Shown here: positions 1-13,753 of the stretch, piece after piece
Numbering within the stretch: the first letter of the stretch is position 1
Layout: the number at the start of each line of letters is the position of its first letter
Origin: Octopus vulgaris
Taxonomy: Eukaryota
Direction of reading: 5' to 3'
Assembly (NCBI GenBank): GCA_951406725.2
Contig: OX597814.1
Span: 42,842,001-42,906,000 of the forward strand
DNA: 64,000 bases
Translations under genes and position numbers: made by a program
Notes under the pieces: model-generated
Database searches by the model: none
What the model saw: the letters and a program-made list of their open reading frames with translations, nothing else
Told to the model about the DNA's origin: nothing

Positions 1-544
1 ATAAAAAAGTAAACGAATAAAAATATCAAGAATCTACATTCATTATATTTGTTTGCATTGACAACCCTGTGTCAAATACAAAATTCCCACACAAGTGATT
101 CATTCCCGAAAGTGATGAACAAGATTTGAATACTATATTGGGAAAATAAAGCAAATTTAAACGTGCAGGCAACGACAAATGAATTAGGTTGAAATACACG
201 ATAACATTTACAAAAACTATCATCTAAACAAGACAGACGAAATACTGTCTATCTTCACACCATTTCTGTGAATCTCTACATCTATATACACACATGCACA
301 AATACAGAAACAAATAAAACACCCAAAATCATGAATTCACACAGTAATTTTAACATGTACATAAATATAAGTATGTATGTATATGTGTGCGTGTGTGTGT
401 GTTTGTATGTGTGCATGTATTTTTACATACATAAACACATATGGTTTTGTCCTTGTCGTTGAATGTCTATTCAATTATGTAAGTATTGATTGATTCAAAT
501 GTGAATCGATCTGACCATCCACAAGACGGCCGCTCACATTATAT

Positions 545-596
<52 letters not shown>

Positions 597-644
597 GTAT
601 TATTAGATTTTGGACGTATATATGTATATATATGTGTGTGTGTT

Positions 645-852
645 TGTGTGACGGTGTTTGTCCCCCTAACATCGCTTGACAACCGATGTTGGTGTGTTTA
701 CGTCCCCGTAACATAGCGGTTCGGCAAAAGAAACCGACAGAATAAGTACTAAGCTTACAAAGAAGAAGTCTTGGGGGTCGATATCCTCGGTGCTCCAGCA
801 TGGGAGCAGTCAAATTACTGAAACAAGTAAAAGTGTAAAAGAGAGTAAAGAG
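645..852 (+). mobile_element. tRNA-headed SINE family A, 3' half
   Basis: Reverse-complement match to the full copy at 26456-26875 (…TGACAACCGATG.TGGTGTGTTTACGTCCCC…GCGGTTCGGCAAAA…GGTGCTCCAGCATGG…CTGAAACAAGTAAAAG tail). Confidence 0.85.
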
Positions 853-940
853 TTCACTTCTATCCAGTTGGCGGTAAGATTTTGCAGAACATAATCTTAC
901 AAGTAATTTAAAATATATATTATTCTCTTTTAATTTCCAG

Positions 941-1008
941 ATACATTTAGTAAGACTAGTCGAAGAACGTTTGGCAGAGATTTTAAAAGAACATTCGTGG
1001 TTAGCCAG
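941..1008 (+). CDS. Probable internal coding exon of an unidentified gene (IHLVRLVEERLAEILKEHSWLA(R))
   Basis: Polypyrimidine acceptor ttctcttttaatttccag at 923-940; open, protein-like frame; candidate GC donor CAG|GCGGGT at 1009; its phase-2 end joins in frame with the exon at 8560. Confidence 0.5.
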
Positions 1009-1798
1009 GCGGGTCTTATTATAAGATTGAGATGTCTCTATATAGTAGAAGTGTTTACCTTGGTTTCAATTAGAGATTGGTATACCAAATTCTTCTGTTT
1101 GGAACAATTATTAAATTAACATTGCAAAAATTTCTCATTATCTCTAGAAACTACATGTTGGTTTCAGGCAGTAATGATATTGCCTTTCGCTAAACATATT
1201 TGCCCGAATCAATTATAGTATTATTCTAGCATAATTCTTATTCGTTTCGTTATATTTCAATTTAAATATCATACTCGGTGTACCCACTAAATAGTTCCAA
1301 TGTACTTTAGTAACCTATAGTCATAATACATAAATATTGATAATCTGCTTTTCTTCATATGACGTATTCCTTCTTACAATCGAATGATCTTCAATTTACA
1401 TATTCATTTAGCTAATAATTAATATTTACAAACTTATTATATTACATTATAACATATACCATAATACATGTTCCCTTAAAATCTACAAGTCTTTTATTTC
1501 ATTACATGATAGTTTTATGTTTTTCTTTCTACACCCTCTTTCAATGTATTTTTTTTCGTTTTCTCACGTATTAACTGAGCAATTTTAAACATTAAATACC
1601 CCTACATATAACCCTAACAACTTATCTTTCCTAATAGCATTTATTTACAAAAAACATATAACTTTGACAAATAGTCTGCATATATATAAACATAAACAAA
1701 AGGAGAGACACGAAAGTTTTGGGAGTACGGTGCGACAGACGCCTGATGAATGTACGCATGTACGGAAAACTATAAGTGTATGTAGTTGAAACATTTAG

Positions 1799-1873
<75 letters not shown>

Positions 1874-2883
1874 AGGTTATTCAAATATACACGTGCGTAA
1901 ATGTGTAGATAAACATGTGCTAATGTGTAAACATATTAATTTGAATATGGATTTATATACTTATGAATAACGACTTCCATGATATATATTATAACGTTCA
2001 ATTTTCAAATTTTCATCTGTGCTTGATTTTAAATATGACACATATTGATAAAATCACTACTCATCTGTAGATTTCCTGAACTGTATCTATTACCAAACCA
2101 ACAGAAATAATTTTCTTAATAGTAATTTTTATCATCTAACCCACTCTTCATGTATATTATTATATAATTATTCCCTTGCATATTTAATTATAATATTTTT
2201 TTTATTTACATTGTATTATATAAATAGTTACTTTTTATCTAAATTTTATACTATATATATATATATATATTACATATATATTTTTTGTTTACTTTCATTA
2301 TATTACTGGTGACATTTTTATCCTTCTTATCTTTTTTCATTACCTTTATTATTTTGCCATTTTATTTACTTTATTTATTTTGTACTATATAACATCTTCA
2401 AAAATATTGATAACTCTGTACCTAGAAATACTTACATTATATATAGGTTCTGACTTACTAAACATATTAATATTTTCTACGCTTCCTTCACAGAAAAATG
2501 CTGACCTTAGTTCTATAAGTTCATAAGAACCCTGAAGAGGTTCTGCAGCATATAGTTGAAAATAATACATTTCTCAGAAAATAACCAAATGCTTAGAATG
2601 GCATATGCCTTGGGGCATCTCGCATCTTCTTTTTTTAGTTTTACAACTTATAATTTATTTGTATTTTTATGCTTTTAAAAATTTCAACATCTTTATATAA
2701 TAGAAATAAATCATTCATACATCCAACTTTCTCCATTTTCTTTCTTTCAATATAAATAATATGCATTTCTACAATAATCTCTAACATATTGCAGGGACTT
2801 TCTCTTTATATGGTAGTGAGTAACCATTGGAATGCTTTCGATCATATAATACCTAATGGGATCTAACTCCCTTGAATTGACTG

Positions 2884-3025
<142 letters not shown>

Positions 3026-3989
3026 TACACGATAAGAATATAGAGAGGTAATTATTAACTTATTTGTTAATTAATAAATTGACAAATGACCCTTACAGCT
3101 GTTTCATTCAAGCCCTTCAGAACATTAATTAATAAAGTTTAATATTATTTGTAAGCAAATTTCATCAGAGGTAGTTGAAGATATACAAAATAGGTGTTCA
3201 TTTCCTGCACGTTGAGTAAATGGCTGCAAAATGTTTGTGAAACAAGTGTTTCTTGGGAACAAAGAAACCAAAGAACCACAATTTTCAAAATCACTTACAT
3301 AGTACAATCATATCGATACATATTTCAATAGATAAATCACAAACACTCCTGAATACGTAACGACACAGCGACAATCTATATATGTGTCGGTTCTTGTCCC
3401 CAATACTACTACCTGAGTACCATCTTTACGTCCCCTTAATTTGCGTCAAAAAGGGTCCGGTAGAATGTGTACCAGACTCAAATAACATGTACTGTGGCTG
3501 TTTTGTTGAATTAAACCCTTCAAGATGGCTGAAATTGAATGACTGTAACATGAATAAGATAAAATATAAATATCATGTTCACAAACTTCTTTCTCATATC
3601 AGATATGCCGTTCGAGACTGTTTGAGTACATTTATTACATTAGCAATTATACATGTTTAGTTCTGGATGTTACGTAATTTTTGGTTTTGTAATTAATAGC
3701 GGTGTTCTCGCGCTTTTTACTATTTACTTAACTGCGAATATGTTTTAACATATTCTTTTGATTATAAAAGTAGTTTTTTCCCAGAATATTCAATACATCT
3801 TCCAGAAATTGCAAAGATTTGGAGATGCAAACATTTTATATATCTGTTTGGAAACTGAAAAATGATGTGCTGTCGACTTCATCATTGTCTACTGAACAAT
3901 ATTGAAAAGACGCTTTAACCGTATAGTAACTTTAATTAAATTCGTTGAACTGATGTTTTTGCCCGTGCTTTTCATATCCGTTTGAAGTG

Positions 3990-5246
3990 AATATATGTGG
4001 CCGAAGCATCAAAATTATATTTTTGAAATCGTTCTACTTTATTATTCTAGGTATATCAATTATTCTTTCTATATGTAAATTCGTCATTTCCAGAACGGAG
4101 GCCGAATGTATACCATATTCTAGGTTATGGATGTTGGATAGTCCATGCGCTAGTTTCCCTTTCGGTTGAAATTGTTGTAGGTGGTGATAGTGTTGTTTCT
4201 TGATTATTGTATACTAATTCTAAATACCTAGATTTAATCTTTGCATTTCGTGAATCATACAATCCATGATAGTAAACACTATTTTCTTTTATATTTAGTT
4301 CGCATAATTGCTATATGTATAGATTTTGCAATTTCAAACTTTATTAATTTATAATGGATCCCATTGGAAGACAACACACTGAAGCGCTTGGTTGTTTACT
4401 GTTTTTAATCCATTTAATATTCTCTTTACATCTTAGTTTTTTTTTCTTGTTTTTATCAACTTTTAGCATTTTTCTCTTTAGATCTTTATCATAATTTGGT
4501 TTGGCATATGCTTCTAATCGAAAATTCAGCAGATTACGAATCTAAAATATTGGTGAGCTTACAATAACCAAAGACTTCATGTTAATAATTAATAGGCTGC
4601 TTAACATATCATAATTAATTTTGTAATCATAGGTTTCCTCTATATTTCAAAGTAATTTTGTGGCGGATGGTTGTACCGTGCAGCAGATTATTCTAGAGGA
4701 TCACACATGTGGACTATACTGCTTCTGTTTCTATGCAATTTCTTGGTAATACAAGATTTGAGTCGTTATTCCTACTAACTGCATAACATACCACAGATTC
4801 TTTTATCTAAATAACGGATATCATTTAAGTTTAAGCTACTTTGATAGACTAACCAGACGAGACATTTAACATTTCCCTTTTAATTTCCATTCCAAAATAC
4901 TTTCTATTCCATCCAGTTCCTTCAGTTGAAAAGAAGCTGTAGCAGATGTCGATTTACCTCAGTAATTTCTTCCGCATTTGCGAAGAGGTGTGCGGTCTGG
5001 CTTTACTGTAATGTTAGACATGACCCATATAATTAGCAAGATATGGAGGCTTTTTGTGAATCTCCTGAGTTTAATTTGTCAATCTGGTCACAGTACATTG
5101 CCGAATTGATTGTCCTGTCCGAGTGAAGACGCTCGTAAAAACTTCCAGTCTCAGCAAATTGTTAGTAAAATATTATTCCAGTAAAGTCCTGCTTTCGAGG
5201 TTGATTCTTAGGGTTCGCTGTGCTATTTCTATGATGGGGCTTCACC

Positions 5247-5250
<4 letters not shown>
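3990..5250 (-). mobile_element. Very decayed Penelope-like RT relic with a degenerate hammerhead-like motif on the + strand near 5121-5152
   Basis: Patchy PLE-like translation on the minus strand; GTGAAGA…AAAACTTCCAGTC motif; ends at a (TA)n tract. Confidence 0.3.
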
Positions 5251-5315
<65 letters not shown>

Positions 5316-5470
5316 TGTATGTATGTATGTATGTATGTATGTATGTATGTATGTATGAGTGTGTGCGTGTGTGTACATATATATATATATATGTATACCT
5401 AGATTTGTATGCATACACATTCACACATTCTCTCACACGCGCACACACACACACACTTATATATATATAT

Positions 5471-5515
<45 letters not shown>

Positions 5516-5679
5516 TGTAGATATAATGACTACTGGTAACAGCTGTATTTCTCTATTACTACCACAAAGGCAAATGTGTGCATCTATCTATCCTACTGGC
5601 TCTTTCTCTCTCGCTGTCTTTCTCTCTCGCTTTCTTTCTCTCTCTCCCCCCCCCCATATATATATATATATATAAATTT

Positions 5680-6990
5680 ATGAGGAGTGGGACGCAGGTA
5701 TTCAAATCTTGTTACTTCTGACATATGTTTCAAAGAAAATATTGGTATTATTCCAGAAGGAATAAAATGGTGTAACACAATGCCATCTTCTCATCATGGA
5801 AAGAAAGAAACCCAACACATCAATTAATAGAATATGATGCGTAAATGATGAAGAAAATACTAGCAATGTTTTATTAAAAAGAGAATCGTTAGTAGATATA
5901 ACGTTGAAGGTAGTATTAGAAAGAGAAGTAGGAAAAAGAAATTAGCAGAACACTGATAGTGGAGAGATATAGAGCGATAGGTAATCCTATAACTCTTTTG
6001 TGCTACATTTGTAAGCAATTCTAGGTAATAATCTTTGGTAAGCTTGTATAGGTTTCGTGTTGTATCTGATCGAACCAGTATCCCATCCATGTTATGAATT
6101 TCCTTGGTGATATTGTGAAGATGACTCAGATGTTTATTCCTTAAGGGCGAACGCTGAAATTTAACATTTAACAGAGATCGCCTTCAAACTGTCTCAGTCC
6201 TGGGTTAGATGGAAGACTGTTTTTAGATTTAAACTAGTTTTTGAATTCAGAAGTTGGAACTCTCCCTGTTTAATATCTTTATTGTTGAAGAAAAAGGCAA
6301 GCTATCTAAAAGAGTTAATAAAGGAGTTTGTCTTACTAATGAATTGCTTAAGGACAATCTTCCTTGGGGAAATGGGTATATCCTTACGAGATGCACTTAT
6401 ATCAAATAACTCTGTATTTGGTAACTATTTTATTTGCAGGTTATATGGAAACCTGGTTAAAGTGTATATAAATTCATGTGTGTTTTTCAATGTTTACAAA
6501 TAACAGGGGAAAATAAATAAATAGTTACCAGGATAGGAAAAATTCACGCAAGTACCAAGGATGTAACAGCTTACTTATAAGGTAGAAATTCCAGGTTTTG
6601 GTGAAATGTTTTTGAATGATTTGGATAAATAAATAAATGGAATTAAGCTTACTAGCGTTCCCTTCATCATACACACAGTCATCACATTCTGTTAAAATGT
6701 ATTATTGATGTGTTTGCTTTCTGTCTTTCGCTCATGAGAAGTTTGCATTGTTTTACACCATTTTATTCCTACTGAAATAATACCAATGTTTTCTTCGAAA
6801 CATATGTCGAAAAAAAAAATTTCACCAGCGTTGAAATCTTTATATTTATCTAACAATAATATATAAAAACATTTCACCAAAAACTGGAATTTCTACCATT
6901 ATAGATAGGCTGCTACATCCTTGGTACTTGTGTGAATTTTTGCTACCATAGTAACAATTTATTTATTCTTTCCATGCTATTTGTAAACAA
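5680..6990 (-). mobile_element. Internally deleted Penelope-like element with an inverted pseudo-LTR
   Basis: Minus-strand relic FKSKNSLPSNPGLRQFEGDL…ILVRSDTTRNLYKLTKDYY matches the PLE N-terminal/DKG-type region. Inverted repeats 5715-5805/6725-6810 and 6490-6612/6866-6989; HHR-like GAAACATATGTC in both orientations. Confidence 0.8.
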
Positions 6991-7188
6991 AAGATATATG
7001 TCCCCTTATTCCTAGCTGTCCCATGTGACCTCTCTGATAGGTCGCTAGCCATTAAACCTTTTTTCTATTTCCTATTCCTGTTTATTTCTGTGTTCCTTTC
7101 TGTCGAATAGCGTAGGTTAAACTGATACATAACTGATAATCTGTTTGTTGTTTACACACCCGTCTTCGTGTATTTTTTTGTAAATACG

Positions 7189-7251
<63 letters not shown>

Positions 7252-7261
7252 ATGTGTGTGT

Positions 7262-7305
<44 letters not shown>

Positions 7306-7340
7306 ATATGTATATGTATATGTAAATATATATGTATATG

Positions 7341-7397
<57 letters not shown>

Positions 7398-7402
<5 letters not shown>

Positions 7403-8352
7403 TAAAAAATGGAGTTAACGCAGGTTTAAACAAGTATTTTTACTTTCGACACATGTTTCAAAAATTCCACTGATATTATTCAAAAGAATAAATGGTATAA
7501 ACAATGCAATCTTCTCTTAGGGAAAGTGAAAAAAACAGTGTATAATCAGTACTCGTAATAAAGTACGATTTTACATTGGAAGCACATCGTTAGAGTTATC
7601 TAAAAGAATTTCTATCCATTACTCAACATTTAGGGATAGAAATAAACGGAATAGTACCGGTCTCAGCAAACTGATTTGGGATTTTAAAGACCACAACGAA
7701 CAATTTCATTTAGAATGGTTGATCCTCTCAATTTAGATACCATATGACAAAGGCAAGAAATTCTGTCTTCTCTGCAATTCTGAGCTATTTTTCATTATTT
7801 TTTCTAAATATACTCTAGTAAACACGGGTATAGAACGAGCATACAGAAGAAAGCATTGGCAGAAACATACATTTAGTGCATATAAGTAGTCTCTATCATT
7901 ATATATAATTTAAACTTTAATTTCCTTTATATTTAACATTCACTATTAATATCCCTACTCTTTGTGTTAGCTACTTATGACGTTACATCATATAACGTTT
8001 TTTTAAACAATATTAATAGCGTTCTGTCTATCGCTATACAAATCCATCATTTTTTGCTAAAATGTCGTATTGACGAGTTTCACTTTCCCGAAGAGAAGAT
8101 TGCATTGTTTATACCATTTATTCTTTTGAATAGTATCAGTGGAATTTTCGAAACATGTGTCGAAAGTAAAAATACTTGTTTAAACCTGCGTTAACTCCAT
8201 TTTTCATTCATATTATTCAAAATATTCAACGTAAACACGAAGTTTCAACCTTTATAAACAAGGAGTTACAACATCTTTACTTGTGAGATTTTTGCTGCCC
8301 TGGTAACTATTTATTTATTTTTCCGTGTTAATTGTTAACAAGGTAAAAATAC
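7398..8352 (+). mobile_element. 5'-truncated Penelope-like element: inverted pLTR, GIY-YIG endonuclease 3' relic, pLTR
   Basis: 7548-7889 reads FYIGSTSLELSKRISIHYSTF…STGLSKLIWDFK…FCLLCNSE…KHW (one internal stop). Inverted repeat about 7398-7530 vs 8079-8213; flanked by (TA)n on both sides. Confidence 0.9.
8082..8167 (+). ncRNA. Hammerhead ribozyme-like motif (type I, degenerate core) in a PLE pLTR
   Basis: Helix I ACTTTC/GAAAGT; core CCGAAGA (U4 changed to C); helix II GAAGATT/AATTTTC; GAAAC-ATGT-GTC cleavage triplet. Inverted copy at 7442-7527. Confidence 0.65.
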
Positions 8353-8357
8353 ACTCA

Positions 8358-8416
<59 letters not shown>

Positions 8417-8559
8417 GCATATATATATATCGCTTTAAATAAGAAAAAGAGAGAAACGGATAAAAATATAAGTACTGATGTTTTTATTTAAAGATATTCA
8501 AATTCATACATAGAAACTCCTCCCTACAGATTTTTCCATGCACAGTTCTTTAATTTCAG

Positions 8560-8664
8560 AAATAAAATTCTATATTTGAAATCAGTGAACTGGTTATATC
8601 CTCCTGAGGAATTTGAAAAGGAAGCCATTGAACGTGTCGGCTAACCCATGAGAAATTCAGACGT
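8560..8664 (+). CDS. Probable coding exon ((R)NKILYLKSVNWLYPPEEFEKEAIER…) with an in-frame TAA or a 1-nt frameshift
   Basis: Acceptor ttctttaatttcag and donor CGT|GTGAGT; only one frame stays open; phase-compatible with exon 941-1008; TAA at 8642-8644. Confidence 0.5.
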
Positions 8665-9033
8665 GTGAGTGCGCGCGCGCGTGTTTTTCTGTTCGCAAGC
8701 CAGTCATTCTTGTTTACAGGTGTAAGATATATTCTGAAGGTACAAATTACGTTTATATTTGTGCTACGAAACATCTTATTTGAAAAAAAAACGAATTTTT
8801 AACCATATTTGCACCTTTAATGATATAAATAGGTCAGCTTCCACTAGCATTAGTAAATTTATTTGAGATTTAAGAGATAACGAAAAGGTCTTTCGGTAAA
8901 GTGGAAACTTATAAGCATGGCCACTGCTTATAAACATGGAAAACTTTATTTTCTTTGTTTAGAACAACTGTATTTGATTTGATTTTCTAGAAGGCATCCA
9001 TTAAATACTAAGATGGAAATGGGATATTCTTGT

Positions 9034-9093
<60 letters not shown>

Positions 9094-9109
9094 TTATATT
9101 TATATATAG

Positions 9110-9272
9110 TGAATACAAACAAGAAAAAAAGCACAAGTGTCTGATAATACAAGTGCTGTATTATCAGACACTTGGGAAAGGAAAGAAAAAGGATTTTAAG
9201 ATTAAGAAAGTCTCTTCGTCAGAAAACGAAGAAAGTCTAAAATAAGGGATGACGGGGGCAGAAAATCGCCAG
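9110..9272 (-). mobile_element. Short (TA)n-embedded repeat family B (PLE pLTR-like relic)
   Basis: Similar to 22325-22523 and 47510-47722; minus-strand CTGACGAAGAG motif; 17-bp-arm hairpin at 9134-9174. Confidence 0.55.
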
Positions 9273-9274
9273 AT

Positions 9275-9311
<37 letters not shown>

Positions 9312-10032
9312 TGTATGTATGTATGTTCATAGGTATGCATGTATACATGCAAATCTTTTCTGTACTTAAAATCTGGTAATATGGGGGCTCTGTTTCTGTT
9401 TGATACGTATAGACCGTGTATTTACATAAACATTGATTAACATCGCAGATTTGGATGGACATGGAGATGATATGATATATTTTGTTAATCTGTACCTTTA
9501 TTGACAAGCATATGCTCAACGAACTGACGTGTCTAGCTACACTCGCCATAACGATTGCTATATAACGCTTTCCCCTATTCCCTTGCTTTATCTACCATTG
9601 TTTTCTGTCTAGATAATGTCTATATCTTAATTATCACAACACCATAAACGAACTATTGTGATTCATATTGGCGCGAGCAAGGATCTGTTGAATGTGTTTA
9701 TTTTTCTATGTATTTAGTATATATGGATCGCTAGCGAGCAGAAAACACAAACACACACACTTCTGAGTTTGTTGTTCCTTAGCCTACACGTGGTTAAAGT
9801 CCCTTTCGAAATAGTCACTGTGGATATACTCAATTCACTGGTTTCGAATATGGAATTTTATTCCTGAACTTAAAGAATTTTGTATGGAAATAGATATAGG
9901 TAGAAATATCTATGCGTGTGAGTGTGCGAGTGTGTCTGGGTGTATCAGTGTGTAAATATACGTAGGTGAACATATTCATGTATATAACAGTTATATTTTA
10001 CACTGAAACATACATATACACCCCAAAGACAT

Positions 10033-10092
<60 letters not shown>

Positions 10093-10187
10093 GTATATGT
10101 GTGTGTGTGAGTGTGTATATATATATATATATATATATACATATATATATTTATATATATATATGCATATATATGTATGTATATGTT

Positions 10188-10227
<40 letters not shown>

Positions 10228-10913
10228 CATATTTTTTGAGCGTACCTGTGTACGCTTGCGTATGTATACTTACACACATACAAACACACACTGAAACACA
10301 CTACCCCGTGGGTATATATAGTACACTAGGAAAATCACACGATGGTTGCAGATCGAATTTTCCACAGTCTACTCAATCAAGTTTGACCAAATTTAAAAAA
10401 CAACAAAAAAAAAAACATCCGGGGAATATTCAATCAATGATAGGCCTCTAAAACAAATGTTTGTTATGTAAATATTAAAATCAATATTATCATTGTTAGG
10501 TTTACTAATTTGTTGTTATTGAAGATTTTGATGCTGATTTTAAGATGCTGCTTTCTTCTCTAATGCAATTAAATGCCATTTGAAAAAAAAACTTTCCAGA
10601 TTTTAACATAATTTGATAACGAAATTTACTTCGAAACCCTCAATTAAATTAATTTTAAAAAAGCGATGCCTAAACTTCATGTATATGATATTGACTTGCA
10701 ACATGTCACTATCTCTCTTTCATTCAATCAATACAGATTGTTAGAGAAATGAATATACATCTACACATACATGCATACATGCATACATACACATATTTTA
10801 TATATATATATATATATATGTCTGTGTGTGTGTACATATTTATATGTATATATAAATATAACTACATATGTATATATATGTATGTAGATGTGTAGATACA
10901 TGTATATCTATAC

Positions 10914-10960
<47 letters not shown>

Positions 10961-11448
10961 TTCTTAACCATTCATTTGTTTGGGTTACTCACATAGACAC
11001 ATTACGTTAAGTATTATTCCATACTATCTCGGAATACCAAGTATACTTTTTGTTTGTATACATTTGGCACCGATGGGTTACTAATATACTTTATTGAAAG
11101 ATTCGTACAAACTTAGGTAAACACGTACACATGAACACATACACATACACAGACACACTCATATATAGACATATATGTATATATGTATATATATATATAT
11201 ATGTGTGTGTATGCATGTATATATATATATATATATATATACTTTTTATGTAAGTGTTCTTTCTGCAGCGCAAATTACGAATTCATTGTTATTCTCCAGT
11301 AATTTATCTTGTCCTTTGGCAAACTATTAATATTACTGGGAATCATTTGATAGAATTTCATTTTGCAATATCAATAATTCAATTATTTCTCCTGATTTTT
11401 GCAATGCCTCTGTTCGCTCGAAAATAAAAATTGATTGCTCGGTATAAA

Positions 11449-11547
<99 letters not shown>

Positions 11548-11785
11548 CTGTACATGTATGTCTCTGTGCATATTTGTTGGTATGCCTATATCATGTGAGA
11601 GAGAAAGAATAAATATAAAAAGAGGATGAGAATTGTTACTTTTCCCCCACATTTTCTTTTATTTTTTCTAGTGATACTCATAGCAGTCTGCAACATACAT
11701 GTGATTGAATTTTGCAAATGGGTACAGAACTCTGATTACAAAGCGGAAACCTAGATATTTCCCCGCCAAGCACGTATTGACACAC

Positions 11786-11832
<47 letters not shown>

Positions 11833-11892
11833 CATACATACATACATACATGCATACATACATACATATACACGCACACACACAGACACACA

Positions 11893-12195
11893 CTTCGTCG
11901 GTTACGACGACGAGGGTCGAGCTGATACCTTCAACGGAACTGGTTACTTGTGCAATTAAGTTGCAAGTGGCTGAGCAATACACAGACACTTGTACATCTA
12001 ATGTAGTTCTCAGGGATATTCACCGTGAAACAGAGTGTGGCAAAGCTGACCCTTTGAAATATAGGTACAACTCATTTTTGCCAGCTGAATGAACTAGAGT
12101 AATGTGAAATAAAGTGTCTTGCTCAAGAACACAATGCGTCGCCAAGAATTGAACTCATGACCTTAAATGCACCAACCACTAGTCCCTCACCTTCA
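11893..12195 (-). mobile_element. tRNA-headed SINE family C
   Basis: Homologous to 45400-45678; minus-strand GAGTTCAATTC B-box and TGTGTTCTTGAGCAAGACAC central domain. Confidence 0.8.
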
Positions 12196-12284
12196 CACAC
12201 ACATACATACACACATATACATACACACACACTTACACACACACACACACATACACATATATCTATATATACATACGTTGTTAC

Positions 12285-12432
12285 GGACGTATCTGTGATG
12301 TAAGAAGCCTGCTTCTCAAGTAGAATGTTCTGGTTTTGGTGCCTATGTGCTGCAACTTGAACAGGTGGCTCGGGCCGACAAAAGCCTTGTGTGTGGATGT
12401 GGTAGATAGAAACTGAAAGAAATCCGTTCTAT
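12285..12432 (+). mobile_element. SINE family A, decayed 5' fragment
   Basis: GCCTTGTGTGTGGATGTGGTAGATAGAAACTGAAAGAA matches the reverse complement of 26720-26760. Confidence 0.6.
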
Positions 12433-12440
12433 ACAGATAT

Positions 12441-12872
12441 ACATAACGCCGGGAGCACTACCTCATTTGTGTGATGTGGAAAATGTCCATTGATATTGCA
12501 GAAATGATGTTGGTATCAATTTTAAAATCCATCCAAGACTTAGCCACCGTACCAAAATACGTGAAAGAAGAAACAGTTCAATAGTTCACTGGACAAATTT
12601 CTTCAAAAAATCTTTGAATAACCTCCTTCACCCGGATATTTCTCTGACAGTAATTCTTTCCTAGTGTGGTTCATGGCTCCCATATATGACTAAATGACTA
12701 AAACACTTCATCAGGTGGTGCTATTAAGTTAGACTTAGCCTGGGCCTATACTGGCCGCAATATATGGAAGTTCTTAATGGATGGATTTTAAAATTGATAC
12801 CAACATCATTTCTGCAATATCAATGGACATTTTCCACATTACACAAATGAAGTAGCGCTCTCGGCGTTATGT
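12441..12872. repeat. About 100-bp inverted repeat enclosing a CR1/L2-like LINE 3'-end relic
   Basis: Arms 12441-12541 and 12768-12872; the interior reads …SLDKFLQKIFE*PPSPGY…. Confidence 0.7.
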
Positions 12873-12873
12873 A

Positions 12874-13023
<150 letters not shown>

Positions 13024-13690
13024 CATACATATGTGTATATATAAAATCAAAATAAGCAACAGGGAAAAGTGACCAATAGGTTAAGTAACATACACTATGC
13101 CAATCAGTGTGTTTGATTCATTCGACCAAATCGTAGTCAATGCGATACCTCCACCGTGGCTGCACGCACACATACATACCCACAATCATGTACACATATG
13201 TATGTATATATAGCTAGGATGTGAAAGAGTGAGAGAGAGAGACATATATATATATATATATATTCATTTATACACACAGACATATATGTATATACACATA
13301 CGAGCATATATGTATATATATATATGTTAATTTATACATACATATATATATATATTCTATGTGTATATATATATATATATATAACTATATATACACATAT
13401 GTATATATATAGATGTATATAACATATATATTCATTATGTACATATATATTAATATATACGCATACACACACGCACATACACACATAAATATGCGTACGT
13501 CTTTGTATATATCTCTCTTATGTTTTTGAATACATCTGAATGCAAATTTCCATTTCATTCTTTCAAATGCGATAAAGAAAATGCTCTTTCATGGTGCTTT
13601 AATTAAATAATACCTCCCCACTTTCTCTCTCTCTCCTCTCTATCTCTCTCACTCTCTGCATATGCATGTTGTAGAGGCACGTGTGTGTGC

Positions 13691-13749
<59 letters not shown>

Positions 13750-13753
13750 TATA

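Noticed and set aside
2530-2600. CTGAAGA-GGTT…AACC-AAA hammerhead-like relic
   Set aside because: G12, helix III and helix I are not recoverable; too degenerate to call.
9440-9490. ADLDGHGDDMIYFVN resembling an FG-GAP/Ca-binding loop
   Set aside because: Isolated, with poor splice signals and a phase incompatible with the neighbouring exon; probably chance.
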